NCBI GenBank assembly: GCA_024637225.1
Contig: JAGXFP010000050.1
Location: 11,905 to 75,904, forward strand
Direction of reading: 5' to 3'
DNA: 64,000 bases
From: Desulfobacterales bacterium
GTDB lineage: Bacteria > Desulfobacterota > Desulfobulbia > Desulfobulbales > JAGXFP01
Every line of letters starts with the position of its first letter. Position 1 is the first letter of the stretch. Shown one piece after another: positions 53,327 through 61,203 of the stretch. A program made the position numbers and the translations under genes. The notes under the pieces are model-generated. The model searched no databases. It was not told where the DNA came from and was given only the letters and a program-made list of their open reading frames with translations.

Positions 53327-55075
53327 ATGAACAAGGTGCTGATCGTCGACGACTCCCAGGAACTGCTTAACCCCATCGTTCTGGGTCTGCGGAAATACGA
53401 ATCTGATTTCGAGATCCTGACCGCGGCCAATGGTGAAGAAGCGGTCTGCCTGCTCAAAAAAGAGAGCGTCTCCGCTCTGGTTACCGACCTTTACATGCCG
53501 AAGATGGACGGTCTGGAACTGCTGGCCTACATGAGCCAGAACCAGCCCAGAGTCCCCTGCATCGTCATGACCGCCTTCGGCAGCGCCGAAATTCAAGATA
53601 TCCTTGACCAGCGCGGCATCTTTCACTATCTCGAAAAACCCATTGATCTCCAGGCCCTCGCCAACGCCATCATCGATGCCCTGGCCCAGTTCGAACAGGG
53701 CACCTCCCTTGACGGCCTTTCAGTCGCCGGCTTTCTGCAGCTTATCGAAATGGAAGAGAAGAGCTGCATCCTGGAAGCCAGCAACGCCAGGAAGGAGACC
53801 GGCCGCTTCTATTTCGTCAAGGGCAGGCTCCACAATGCGGAATATCAAGATCTGACCGCCGACCGCGCGGCCATGACCATGATCGGCTGGAAAAGCGCCA
53901 GGCTCCGGATAAAAAGTCTGCCCGAGGAAAAACAGGAAAAAAAAATCGGCTTCGGACTCAAAACCTTGATCCTGGAAAGCGCCAGGCGCAAGGATGAGCT
54001 TAAAAAAAATGTGATATCTTCCGAGCCGCTCAAAAAGTCCGACACCCGAGATCTGCTCTACCAGGCAATCAGGCGGGCGGAAGCCAACGAGAACAAGCAG
54101 GCCCAGCAGATGCTGGCTACCCTGCTGAAACAGAATCCGCGCAATAGCGTGGCCTGGCTCTGGTATTCCAGGGTAACCGACAACATAAAAGCGGTTGAGG
54201 CCGCCCTGGATAATGCCAAAATCCTGGCGGAGAACAATCCGGAAGTCGCCGAGGAAATCAAAAAGCTGCAAGTAGCCTACGAAAATGGCTGCTCCAAAAG
54301 CACGGCCATCAGACACTGCCCCTTCTGCCGGACCCCCTACGTCGAAAGTCCCGAGTCCTGCGCGCACTGCAAGGCCTATTTCCGGATCACCCCGGCCATG
54401 CTGAGATCCCCCAAAAAGCAGGTAAATAAAGAGATCATCGACCTGGCGATCCACCGGTACACCAAGATTATTCTGGTCGAGAAAAAGCCCCGGATCCACT
54501 TCAACCTCGCCTTGGCCCATCTCAATCGCAATCAATGGGAAGAGGGACTCGACCAATTATACAAAACCAGAAAAATGGACCCGGACAATGAACAGTGCCG
54601 TCGGCAACTGAACCTTCTCCTGGACCATATGGCAAATGTCGAGCTGCCCATGGGCGATAACTCCAGCCAGGCGCCTGATAAAAAAATCGTCGCCGCCACC
54701 GAAAACCGCCGGGACAAAACGGTCCTGGTGGTCGAGGACAGCGCCACCACCCGCAAGGTGATCACCGTCATCCTCCGGCACGAAGGTTTTGACGTTATCG
54801 AGGCCAAGGACGGCATCGAGGCGATGGCCAGGTTCAACGAGATGACTCCGGACCTGGTTCTCCTTGACATCGTCATGCCGGGCATGGACGGTTATCAGGT
54901 TTTATCCACCATGAAACACAACAACAATTTCAGGAAGATCCCGGTCATCATGCTGACGGCCAGGGACGGCATGATCGACAAGGTCAAGGGCAGGATGTCC
55001 GGCTGCAACGAATATCTGACCAAACCCTTCACCCCGGAAGAGTTGACGGCCAGAGTCAGAAAATATTTAAAGTAA
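53327..55075 (+). CDS. Double-receiver response regulator with DUF4388-like, TPR-like and zinc-ribbon segments
   Basis: N-terminal REC (VLIVDDS...LVTDLYMP...MTAF...EKP). Then LDGLSVAGFLQLIEMEEKSCILEA...GRFYFVKGRLHNAEY (DUF4388-like). Then CPFCRTPY...CAHCKAYF. C-terminal REC (VLVVEDS...VLLDIVMP...LTAR...TKP). Confidence 0.8.
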   Translation: MNKVLIVDDSQELLNPIVLGLRKYESDFEILTAANGEEAVCLLKKESVSALVTDLYMPKMDGLELLAYMSQNQPRVPCIVMTAFGSAEIQDILDQRGIFHYLEKPIDLQALANAIIDALAQFEQGTSLDGLSVAGFLQLIEMEEKSCILEASNARKETGRFYFVKGRLHNAEYQDLTADRAAMTMIGWKSARLRIKSLPEEKQEKKIGFGLKTLILESARRKDELKKNVISSEPLKKSDTRDLLYQAIRRAEANENKQAQQMLATLLKQNPRNSVAWLWYSRVTDNIKAVEAALDNAKILAENNPEVAEEIKKLQVAYENGCSKSTAIRHCPFCRTPYVESPESCAHCKAYFRITPAMLRSPKKQVNKEIIDLAIHRYTKIILVEKKPRIHFNLALAHLNRNQWEEGLDQLYKTRKMDPDNEQCRRQLNLLLDHMANVELPMGDNSSQAPDKKIVAATENRRDKTVLVVEDSATTRKVITVILRHEGFDVIEAKDGIEAMARFNEMTPDLVLLDIVMPGMDGYQVLSTMKHNNNFRKIPVIMLTARDGMIDKVKGRMSGCNEYLTKPFTPEELTARVRKYLK

Positions 55076-55162
55076 TCGGGGCCTGCTCGCAGCTGTTTGC
55101 TGCCAGCCCTCGGGAAAAGGGATAACCCCGAACAACGAATCAGCATTTTAAAAAGTTAAAAC

Positions 55163-56206
55163 ATGGCCCGGAAAACCAAAATACTGATTGTCGACGATTC
55201 AGGCTTGATGCGCAAAGCGGTCAGGGATATCTTCGCGGCCAACAGCGCCATGGAGGTAGTGGGCGAGGCGGTGAACGGCAGCGAGGCCCTGCGGCTGATT
55301 CCCCGGCTGAACCCGGATGTAATCGTCCTGGACGTCAACATGCCGGAAATGGACGGCATCACCACCCTGAAACACATGATGATCCAATTCCCGACTCCGA
55401 CCATCATGCTCAGCACCCTCACCAGGGACGGCGCCACCGTGACCTTTGACTCCCTGAAATACGGGGCCGTGGACTTTCTGACCAAACCATCCTCCCTTGA
55501 CGGCGACATGCGGGAGCAAACCGCTAAAATAACCGACAAGGTAGCAACCGCCGCCGGAGTGGAACTGGAGGCCATGCAATTCATCAGAACCGGGGTCCGA
55601 AAATCCCCGGCTGCCGCGGCCGGAACCAGCGACGGGATAATAAAAAGAATTGTCATCATCGGCGCGGCCGAGGGCGGATACAGCGCCCTGCTGAAATTCA
55701 TCCCCGGCCTCGATCCCGAACTGGCCGCCGCCTACATCGCGGTCCTTCACGCGGCACCCGAGCACATCGACGCTTTTGTCGATTATCTGGACCGCTGTTC
55801 GGAGCTGCCGGTCAGAAGGGCCGCCGAGGGCGCCCTCTTGGAAAAGGGAGTCTGTTACATCGGTTCCGGAAACGAGTACATAACCCTCCGCGAAGAGGAC
55901 GGTGAATTTCTGCTCCATGTCAGCCCGGCCCCCTTCTCGACCCGGCGCGGCGCAATCGACATGCTGATGCTGTCGACCGCGGAGTCGGCCGGCCGGAAAA
56001 GCGTCGGGGTGATCCTTTCCGGCACCGGCGACGACGGGGCCGAAGGCCTTGGCGAAATCATCGCCCACGGCGGCGAGGCCGTCGTCCAGAAACCGCGGTC
56101 ATGCATGTACCGGGAAATGCCCGAAAACGCCCTGGCCAGATGCCGGACAAACTTTGTCGTCGGCGACGCCGGCCTGGCCGCGGCGATAAATTTATGTTGT
56201 GCCTGA
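55163..56206 (+). CDS. cheB: CheB-like receiver/methylesterase protein whose nucleophile Ser appears replaced by Ala
   Basis: Canonical N-terminal REC. The C-terminal CheB_methylest-like domain has the His (VLHAAPEH) and Asp (LSGTGDDG) regions, but reads GAAEGG where CheB has GASTGG. Confidence 0.8.
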   Translation: MARKTKILIVDDSGLMRKAVRDIFAANSAMEVVGEAVNGSEALRLIPRLNPDVIVLDVNMPEMDGITTLKHMMIQFPTPTIMLSTLTRDGATVTFDSLKYGAVDFLTKPSSLDGDMREQTAKITDKVATAAGVELEAMQFIRTGVRKSPAAAAGTSDGIIKRIVIIGAAEGGYSALLKFIPGLDPELAAAYIAVLHAAPEHIDAFVDYLDRCSELPVRRAAEGALLEKGVCYIGSGNEYITLREEDGEFLLHVSPAPFSTRRGAIDMLMLSTAESAGRKSVGVILSGTGDDGAEGLGEIIAHGGEAVVQKPRSCMYREMPENALARCRTNFVVGDAGLAAAINLCCA

Positions 56207-56321
56207 CCCTGGAGACGGGACGGTTCAGCCGGGAAGAAAGGCGGCCGCGGGCCGCTTAAGCATATTTCTTACGAAAAAACTACAACTGCATTAAGCAAAC
56301 TCACAAAAGGAGGAGGGTGCC

Positions 56322-58880
56322 TTGAATTGGAAAAACTTAAAGATCCAGAACAAACTGTTGCTCGGCTTCACGCCGGTAATCCTTGTGCTCTTGATCGTAG
56401 GTGGATTGGGATATTTTAACATCTCGGCGATCAGGGGCGCGATGACCGAGGTCAACAAGGCGGCTTCCGTGGCCGACGCCTCGATGGAAATGGCCCTGGC
56501 CCTGACCAACGACCGCTTGATCCTCATGGAGATCCTCACCGCCGGGGACAAGACCGAACTCGACGGGATGTGGCAGGAGCGCCAGAAGTTCGACGCGGAA
56601 TTCGACGGTTACGCCGCGGCGATTCTGAAGGGCGGTGAAACCGCGATGGGCATCATCCATAAGGTTGAAGACCAAAAGCTGGCCAATGAGGTCGCCGAGG
56701 TCGCCAAGATGCACGACGCCGAGTTCACCCCCCAGATGCAGGAGGTTTACCGGAACATGAACTCCAAGTTTGCCGCGGAAAAAGACGAAGCGGCGGGAAT
56801 GGCGAACATGGAAGGATCCTTCCGGGAGCTGCTGACCGCGCTGACCGAACTGGAAGAGGGCGTCGACGGGCTGGTCGATTCGGCGATTCGCTCGGGAACC
56901 TCGGTCCAGTCGTTGGCCGAGAGGGAGAATAAATGGAAAGACCTTTCCATGGAAATCGCCCTGTCGACCGGCGCTGCCCGATTGGCCATTGAAGAATTTG
57001 TCCAGTCATCCGACAGCGCGCAACAGACCACGCTCCGGCAACAATTCGCCGAAAATATCGACGAGGCCAAAATCTGGCTGAACGGCATGGCAAAAGGCGC
57101 CGACACCAAAACGATGGGGCAGATCAGGGCCCTCACCGACAGCAATCTGAAGTCGATGGCCGCAACAACCCTGACCATGGTCAATAACCGGTTCGAACCG
57201 GCCGCCATGCGGGTTATGGACAACCACGCCGCCACCGTCAAAATCGAGCAGACCCTGGACGATCTCGATACCTCGATCGATAACCTCGGTATCGTCCTTG
57301 CCGACAAGGTTGGACAGGTGGAGGCGGATGCTAAAGAGATTATCCGGGCTGCGAATGCCACCGCCGACCGCACTACGGCCGCCGCGACTTTGCAGAATAT
57401 CGCCGGTATCGTCATCGGGACCTTCTTCGCCTTCCTGATCGCCTACTTCATCGCTCAGGCAATCTCGGTACCGATTGCCGCCATTGCCAACCTGATCCGG
57501 AAAGTTGCCCGGGAGAAGGATCTGACCATCAAAGTTCCGGTTGCGGGCCAGGACGAGGTCGGCATGATGGCGGTTGACTTCAACTCCATGATCGACGAGC
57601 TGAACAAGTCATTCATCGAGGTAACCAACGCCTCCCAGCAGGTGGCAACCGGCGCCATTGAGGTTTCCAAACGCGCTTCGAGCAACAAGAGCCGGGCCGA
57701 GCACGAGGTGGAGCAAACCTCCCGGGCCGCCTCGATCATCAAGGAAATGGCCGGTACGGCCGGGATGGTCAACCAGGCCTCCACCGGTCAGAAAAACGCG
57801 GCGACCAAATCGACCAAGACCCTGGAAGCTCTGCTGCAATCGATGAAGGAGGCCGCCGAGGCCGCCGATGCCCAGAACATGGAGGCCCGCGAAGCCGCCG
57901 CCAGGGTGGCCGAGATGGGCGAGACCGGTGGCAAGGTTGCCGCCACCGCCCAGGAGCAGGGCAAGATGGTGGTCAGCGTGACCGCTTCGGTAAACGAAAT
58001 CGCCAAGGCGGTGGATGAGATGAACAAAGCGGTGGCCCGGGCCACCGAGCACGGCACCGCCTCCCTGGCCGCGGCCGAGGAAGGCAGCACCTCGGTTGCC
58101 GCCACCGTTGAAGGTATGCGTTCCATCTCCGAATCTTCCGAGCAGATCTCCGAGATCATCGGGGTTATTACCGATATTGCCGAGCAGACCAACCTTCTCG
58201 CCCTTAACGCCGCTATCGAGGCGGCCCGGGCCGGCGCCCACGGTAAAGGTTTTGCGGTTGTTGCCGACGAGGTTGGTAAACTCGCCCAGCGCTCCTCTGA
58301 GGCTGCCAAAGAGATCACCCAGCTGATCAAGGATTCGACCAACAGGGTAACCGAGGGAACCCAGTTGACCGACAGTTCCCGAAAGGCGCTGGCCAGGATC
58401 GATGAGAGCGGCAAGGTAAACATGGAGGCGATCACCGAGATCTCCACGGTCTCGGCCATGCTGGCCCAAAGCACCGGCCAGGTACAGATCCTGATGAAGG
58501 AGCTGAACGATCTGGCCGAGAACATCGGCACGATGGCTCTTGAGCAGGGTCCCCGTCGGCAGGCCGCCGAGGCCGCCCTGAAGGCCCTGCAGGAAAAATC
58601 GGCGGAAATTACCGAACAGGTCCGCCAGGCCAACCTGGGCGCCGCCAACATCAACACCGAGATGCACGAGATCGTCAGCCGGACCATGGAGATGACGGTA
58701 ATGACCGGCGAGCAGGCCAAACGGTCCCAAGCGGTAATGGAAATTTCGAACCAGTCCTCGGCGGCGGCGACCCAGACCTCCGAAGGCGCCGGGATCGTAA
58801 TGAATATTACCGACGAGCTGCAAAGCCAGTCCCAGGCCCTGAAACTTCAGGTTGAGCAGTTCAAGGTACAGCAGGCTTAA
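56322..58880 (+). CDS. Methyl-accepting chemotaxis protein (852 aa) with a large periplasmic helical domain and HAMP
   Basis: TTG start with AAAGGAGGAGGG upstream. Two transmembrane helices. Conserved signalling hairpin [38 protein letters not shown]. Confidence 0.9.
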   Translation: MNWKNLKIQNKLLLGFTPVILVLLIVGGLGYFNISAIRGAMTEVNKAASVADASMEMALALTNDRLILMEILTAGDKTELDGMWQERQKFDAEFDGYAAAILKGGETAMGIIHKVEDQKLANEVAEVAKMHDAEFTPQMQEVYRNMNSKFAAEKDEAAGMANMEGSFRELLTALTELEEGVDGLVDSAIRSGTSVQSLAERENKWKDLSMEIALSTGAARLAIEEFVQSSDSAQQTTLRQQFAENIDEAKIWLNGMAKGADTKTMGQIRALTDSNLKSMAATTLTMVNNRFEPAAMRVMDNHAATVKIEQTLDDLDTSIDNLGIVLADKVGQVEADAKEIIRAANATADRTTAAATLQNIAGIVIGTFFAFLIAYFIAQAISVPIAAIANLIRKVAREKDLTIKVPVAGQDEVGMMAVDFNSMIDELNKSFIEVTNASQQVATGAIEVSKRASSNKSRAEHEVEQTSRAASIIKEMAGTAGMVNQASTGQKNAATKSTKTLEALLQSMKEAAEAADAQNMEAREAAARVAEMGETGGKVAATAQEQGKMVVSVTASVNEIAKAVDEMNKAVARATEHGTASLAAAEEGSTSVAATVEGMRSISESSEQISEIIGVITDIAEQTNLLALNAAIEAARAGAHGKGFAVVADEVGKLAQRSSEAAKEITQLIKDSTNRVTEGTQLTDSSRKALARIDESGKVNMEAITEISTVSAMLAQSTGQVQILMKELNDLAENIGTMALEQGPRRQAAEAALKALQEKSAEITEQVRQANLGAANINTEMHEIVSRTMEMTVMTGEQAKRSQAVMEISNQSSAAATQTSEGAGIVMNITDELQSQSQALKLQVEQFKVQQA

Positions 58881-58916
58881 CCGGTCGGAACCGCAGATTT
58901 TTGATTCTCCAGGTCG

Positions 58917-58982
58917 CCGCGGGGTGGGGGTGGGTTTTCGCCCAAAACCCCATCCACCCCGCGGTGGCGCTGCTGATTTTTA
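58917..58982 (+). terminator. Rho-independent terminator-like hairpin after the MCP gene
   Basis: ccgcggggtgg...gggttttcgcccaaaaccc...ccaccccgcgg forms a nested stem. It is followed by ctgctgattttt. Confidence 0.5.
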
Positions 58983-59054
58983 ATTCAAAAACTCCGGTGG
59001 CCCTTTTCAGCGGCGCTGACCGAAAATTTTACCAGTGAAGGGAGAAACCACGCC

Positions 59055-59573
59055 ATGGCTGACAGGTATGCAGCTACCGAGAAACTTGAAGCCGAACAGG
59101 AGTTGATGCAGCTGGTCGGTTTCACCATCGGCAAGGAGCTGTTCGGTGTCGATATCTTAATGGTTCAGGAGATCATCCGGGCCGCCCCGATAACCCCGGT
59201 TCCCAATTCACCGGAATTCGTTGAAGGAGTCATCAACCTGCGCGGCAACATCCTGCCGGTTATCGATCTGCGTAAACGCTTGAGTTTACTAAGCAGCGAG
59301 TCCGCTCACGATGATACCTGGATCTTGATCCTCGATATCCAGAACAAAACCACCGGTTTTATTGTCGACTCGGTAACCGAGGTCATAAAGATCCAGGAGA
59401 ACACCATCGAAGCGCCGCCCGACATCATCAAGGCGGGACTTGAAAGCCAGTATCTGCGGGGCGTTTGCGATATCGGCGCCCAGCTTCTGATCCTCCTCGA
59501 TTTTAAACGGATTCTGTTGCAGGAAGAGTTCAAGAAACTGAAGTCAATGGATGAAGCCGAAGGGAACGACTAG
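59055..59573 (+). CDS. cheW: Chemotaxis coupling protein CheW
   Basis: Typical CheW sequence (LVGFTIGKELFGVDILMVQEI..., INLRGNILPVIDLRKRL, GFIVDSVTEV). Confidence 0.9.
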   Translation: MADRYAATEKLEAEQELMQLVGFTIGKELFGVDILMVQEIIRAAPITPVPNSPEFVEGVINLRGNILPVIDLRKRLSLLSSESAHDDTWILILDIQNKTTGFIVDSVTEVIKIQENTIEAPPDIIKAGLESQYLRGVCDIGAQLLILLDFKRILLQEEFKKLKSMDEAEGND

Positions 59574-59726
59574 ACTCGTAACCTTGATGGATGACCGTTC
59601 CATCCCGGGCTCGTCCGCAGAATCCGGCTTTGCCCCTGGGAATCTTACGGAAACCTGCTCCATCCGTGACAAGAACTCCCGGCCGCTTCTTCTAAATTAA
59701 GCCGTAAGCAAAAAAGGATCAAATTA

Positions 59727-60080
59727 ATGAGTAAACGCATTCTGGTAGTTGACGACTCATCGATGATGCGAAAAATGATCGCCAATATCCTCAATCCCCC
59801 CGGCCACATCGTGATCGGCCAGGCCAAAAGCGGGGAAGAGGCGGTGGAGATGTATCAGGAACTGAAACCGGATCTGGTGACCATGGACATCACCATGCGG
59901 GGCATGGACGGCATTACCGCTGCCAGGGAGATTTTAAATCTTGATGCGAACGCCCAGATCATCTTCCTCTCGAACCTTAACGAGGAGAAGTACCAGAAAG
60001 AGGTGGAGGAGATGGGCGCCGTCGGTTTCGTCAACAAGTACAAGGCCGCCGAAATCCTTGATCTGATCAACGGAATATGA
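59727..60080 (+). CDS. cheY: CheY-like single-domain response regulator
   Basis: ILVVDDSSMMRKM...DLVTMDITMRGMDG...IFLSN...VNKY. Canonical acidic pocket, Asp and Lys. Confidence 0.9.
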   Translation: MSKRILVVDDSSMMRKMIANILNPPGHIVIGQAKSGEEAVEMYQELKPDLVTMDITMRGMDGITAAREILNLDANAQIIFLSNLNEEKYQKEVEEMGAVGFVNKYKAAEILDLINGI

Positions 60081-60106
60081 CCTCCGCTCCCCTGGGTTCA
60101 GGCCTC

Positions 60107-60274
60107 AATATTCGTAATCGTTCACGGGCCGGTCGCCAAAGTACCACAACCTCTGGACTGTAACCGTTCAGCAGTGGTGCGGATTTGGACAAGCGGACCG
60201 GCGCCGCTTACCTCGTGTACGTAAGCCGGGCCGATCGTCAGAAGATGTGGTGCTGCTGAACGGTTACGAATATT
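60107..60274. repeat. Nested inverted/direct repeat element (long hairpin)
   Basis: aatattcgtaatcgttc (60107-60123) pairs with gaacggttacgaatatt (60258-60274). An inner copy gtaaccgttcagcag (60160) pairs with ctgctgaacggttac. The central hairpin is gcttac-N9-gtaagc. Confidence 0.5.
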
Positions 60275-60299
60275 CGGTATAGCCCAAAAGGTACAAACA

Positions 60300-61034
60300 A
60301 TGGAGAACTGCGCTTTGTTAAGCTCCAAACTGGACATGGATCTTGAGCCCTCCCAAAGTCGGCTGGGGGTAATCGGTTCCGGGCTCCACAAAAAAACCCT
60401 GGTTTTTTTCACTATCCTGATTCTGCTGGCTTCGCTGCTGAGCGTTGTGGCCGTTTACCATCATAACCGGGGCGAAGCGATCTTAAATACCATCGCCTTT
60501 ACCGACGGCGAACCGATAGCCGGCAGAAGTCCGGCAAATCTCGGTAATGAAGCCCTGGCCCGCACCCATGTCGCCCTGGAATACGGCTTGACCGTCATGA
60601 CCCTGGTTCTGGCGGGCATCCTGATCCTGTTCATGGTTTTTTTCGTCCGTAACATTATCCAACCCCTCGATAAACTCGAGAAGTTCAGCCGGGACATGGC
60701 TGACGGCCGTCTGGACCGTCTGGTCAGTGACAGCGAGAACGCCGGCTGTTCGATCGGCGCGATCGGTGAAAACGTCAACTCCCTGGCCATGAATCTGCAA
60801 GAGGTTCTGCTGCTGGTCTGGAATCTCAGCGACCACAATCTGGGGATTGTCGAAGAGACCATCAAAACCCTGGAGAAACCCCAGGGAGTGTCCCGGGAAC
60901 AGATCCTGGAACGCCTCGAACTAATCAGGGCGGAGCTGGAGCAGATGCAGGATCTCACCAGCCAATTCGAATTCTTCGACGTAACCCTGCGGGGAAAAAT
61001 GGCATTAGCCAAAGACGATGCCGGGAAATCGTAA
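60300..61034 (+). CDS. Membrane protein with HAMP domain and no recognisable output domain (244 aa)
   Basis: Two transmembrane helices are followed by FFVRNIIQPLDKLEKFSRDMADGRLDRLV...IGAIGENVNSLAMNLQ (HAMP). The start is uncertain; an alternative ATG lies at 60336. Confidence 0.55.
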   Translation: MENCALLSSKLDMDLEPSQSRLGVIGSGLHKKTLVFFTILILLASLLSVVAVYHHNRGEAILNTIAFTDGEPIAGRSPANLGNEALARTHVALEYGLTVMTLVLAGILILFMVFFVRNIIQPLDKLEKFSRDMADGRLDRLVSDSENAGCSIGAIGENVNSLAMNLQEVLLLVWNLSDHNLGIVEETIKTLEKPQGVSREQILERLELIRAELEQMQDLTSQFEFFDVTLRGKMALAKDDAGKS

Positions 61035-61035
61035 T

Positions 61036-61181
61036 CTAGTGCCTGTCGAGAAATGAGGATTTTTGTCCGAGAACGAGAAGCAAGGATGTCGGAAAAGCGC
61101 AGCGTACTCAGGTACGTGAGCACTTTCCGACTCCGCGGCGACGAAGTTATCGGGCAAAAAGACTATTTATGGACAGGCGCT
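61036..61181. repeat. MITE-like element with terminal inverted repeats (family B, copy 2)
   Basis: Termini are ctagtgcctgtcg...ggacaggcgct. The core matches 24182-24344. The central hairpin is cgtac-tcag-gtacg. It sits between the HAMP gene stop and the cheA start. Confidence 0.7.
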
Positions 61182-61203
61182 AACTAATCAGAGAGTGGAT
61201 ATC

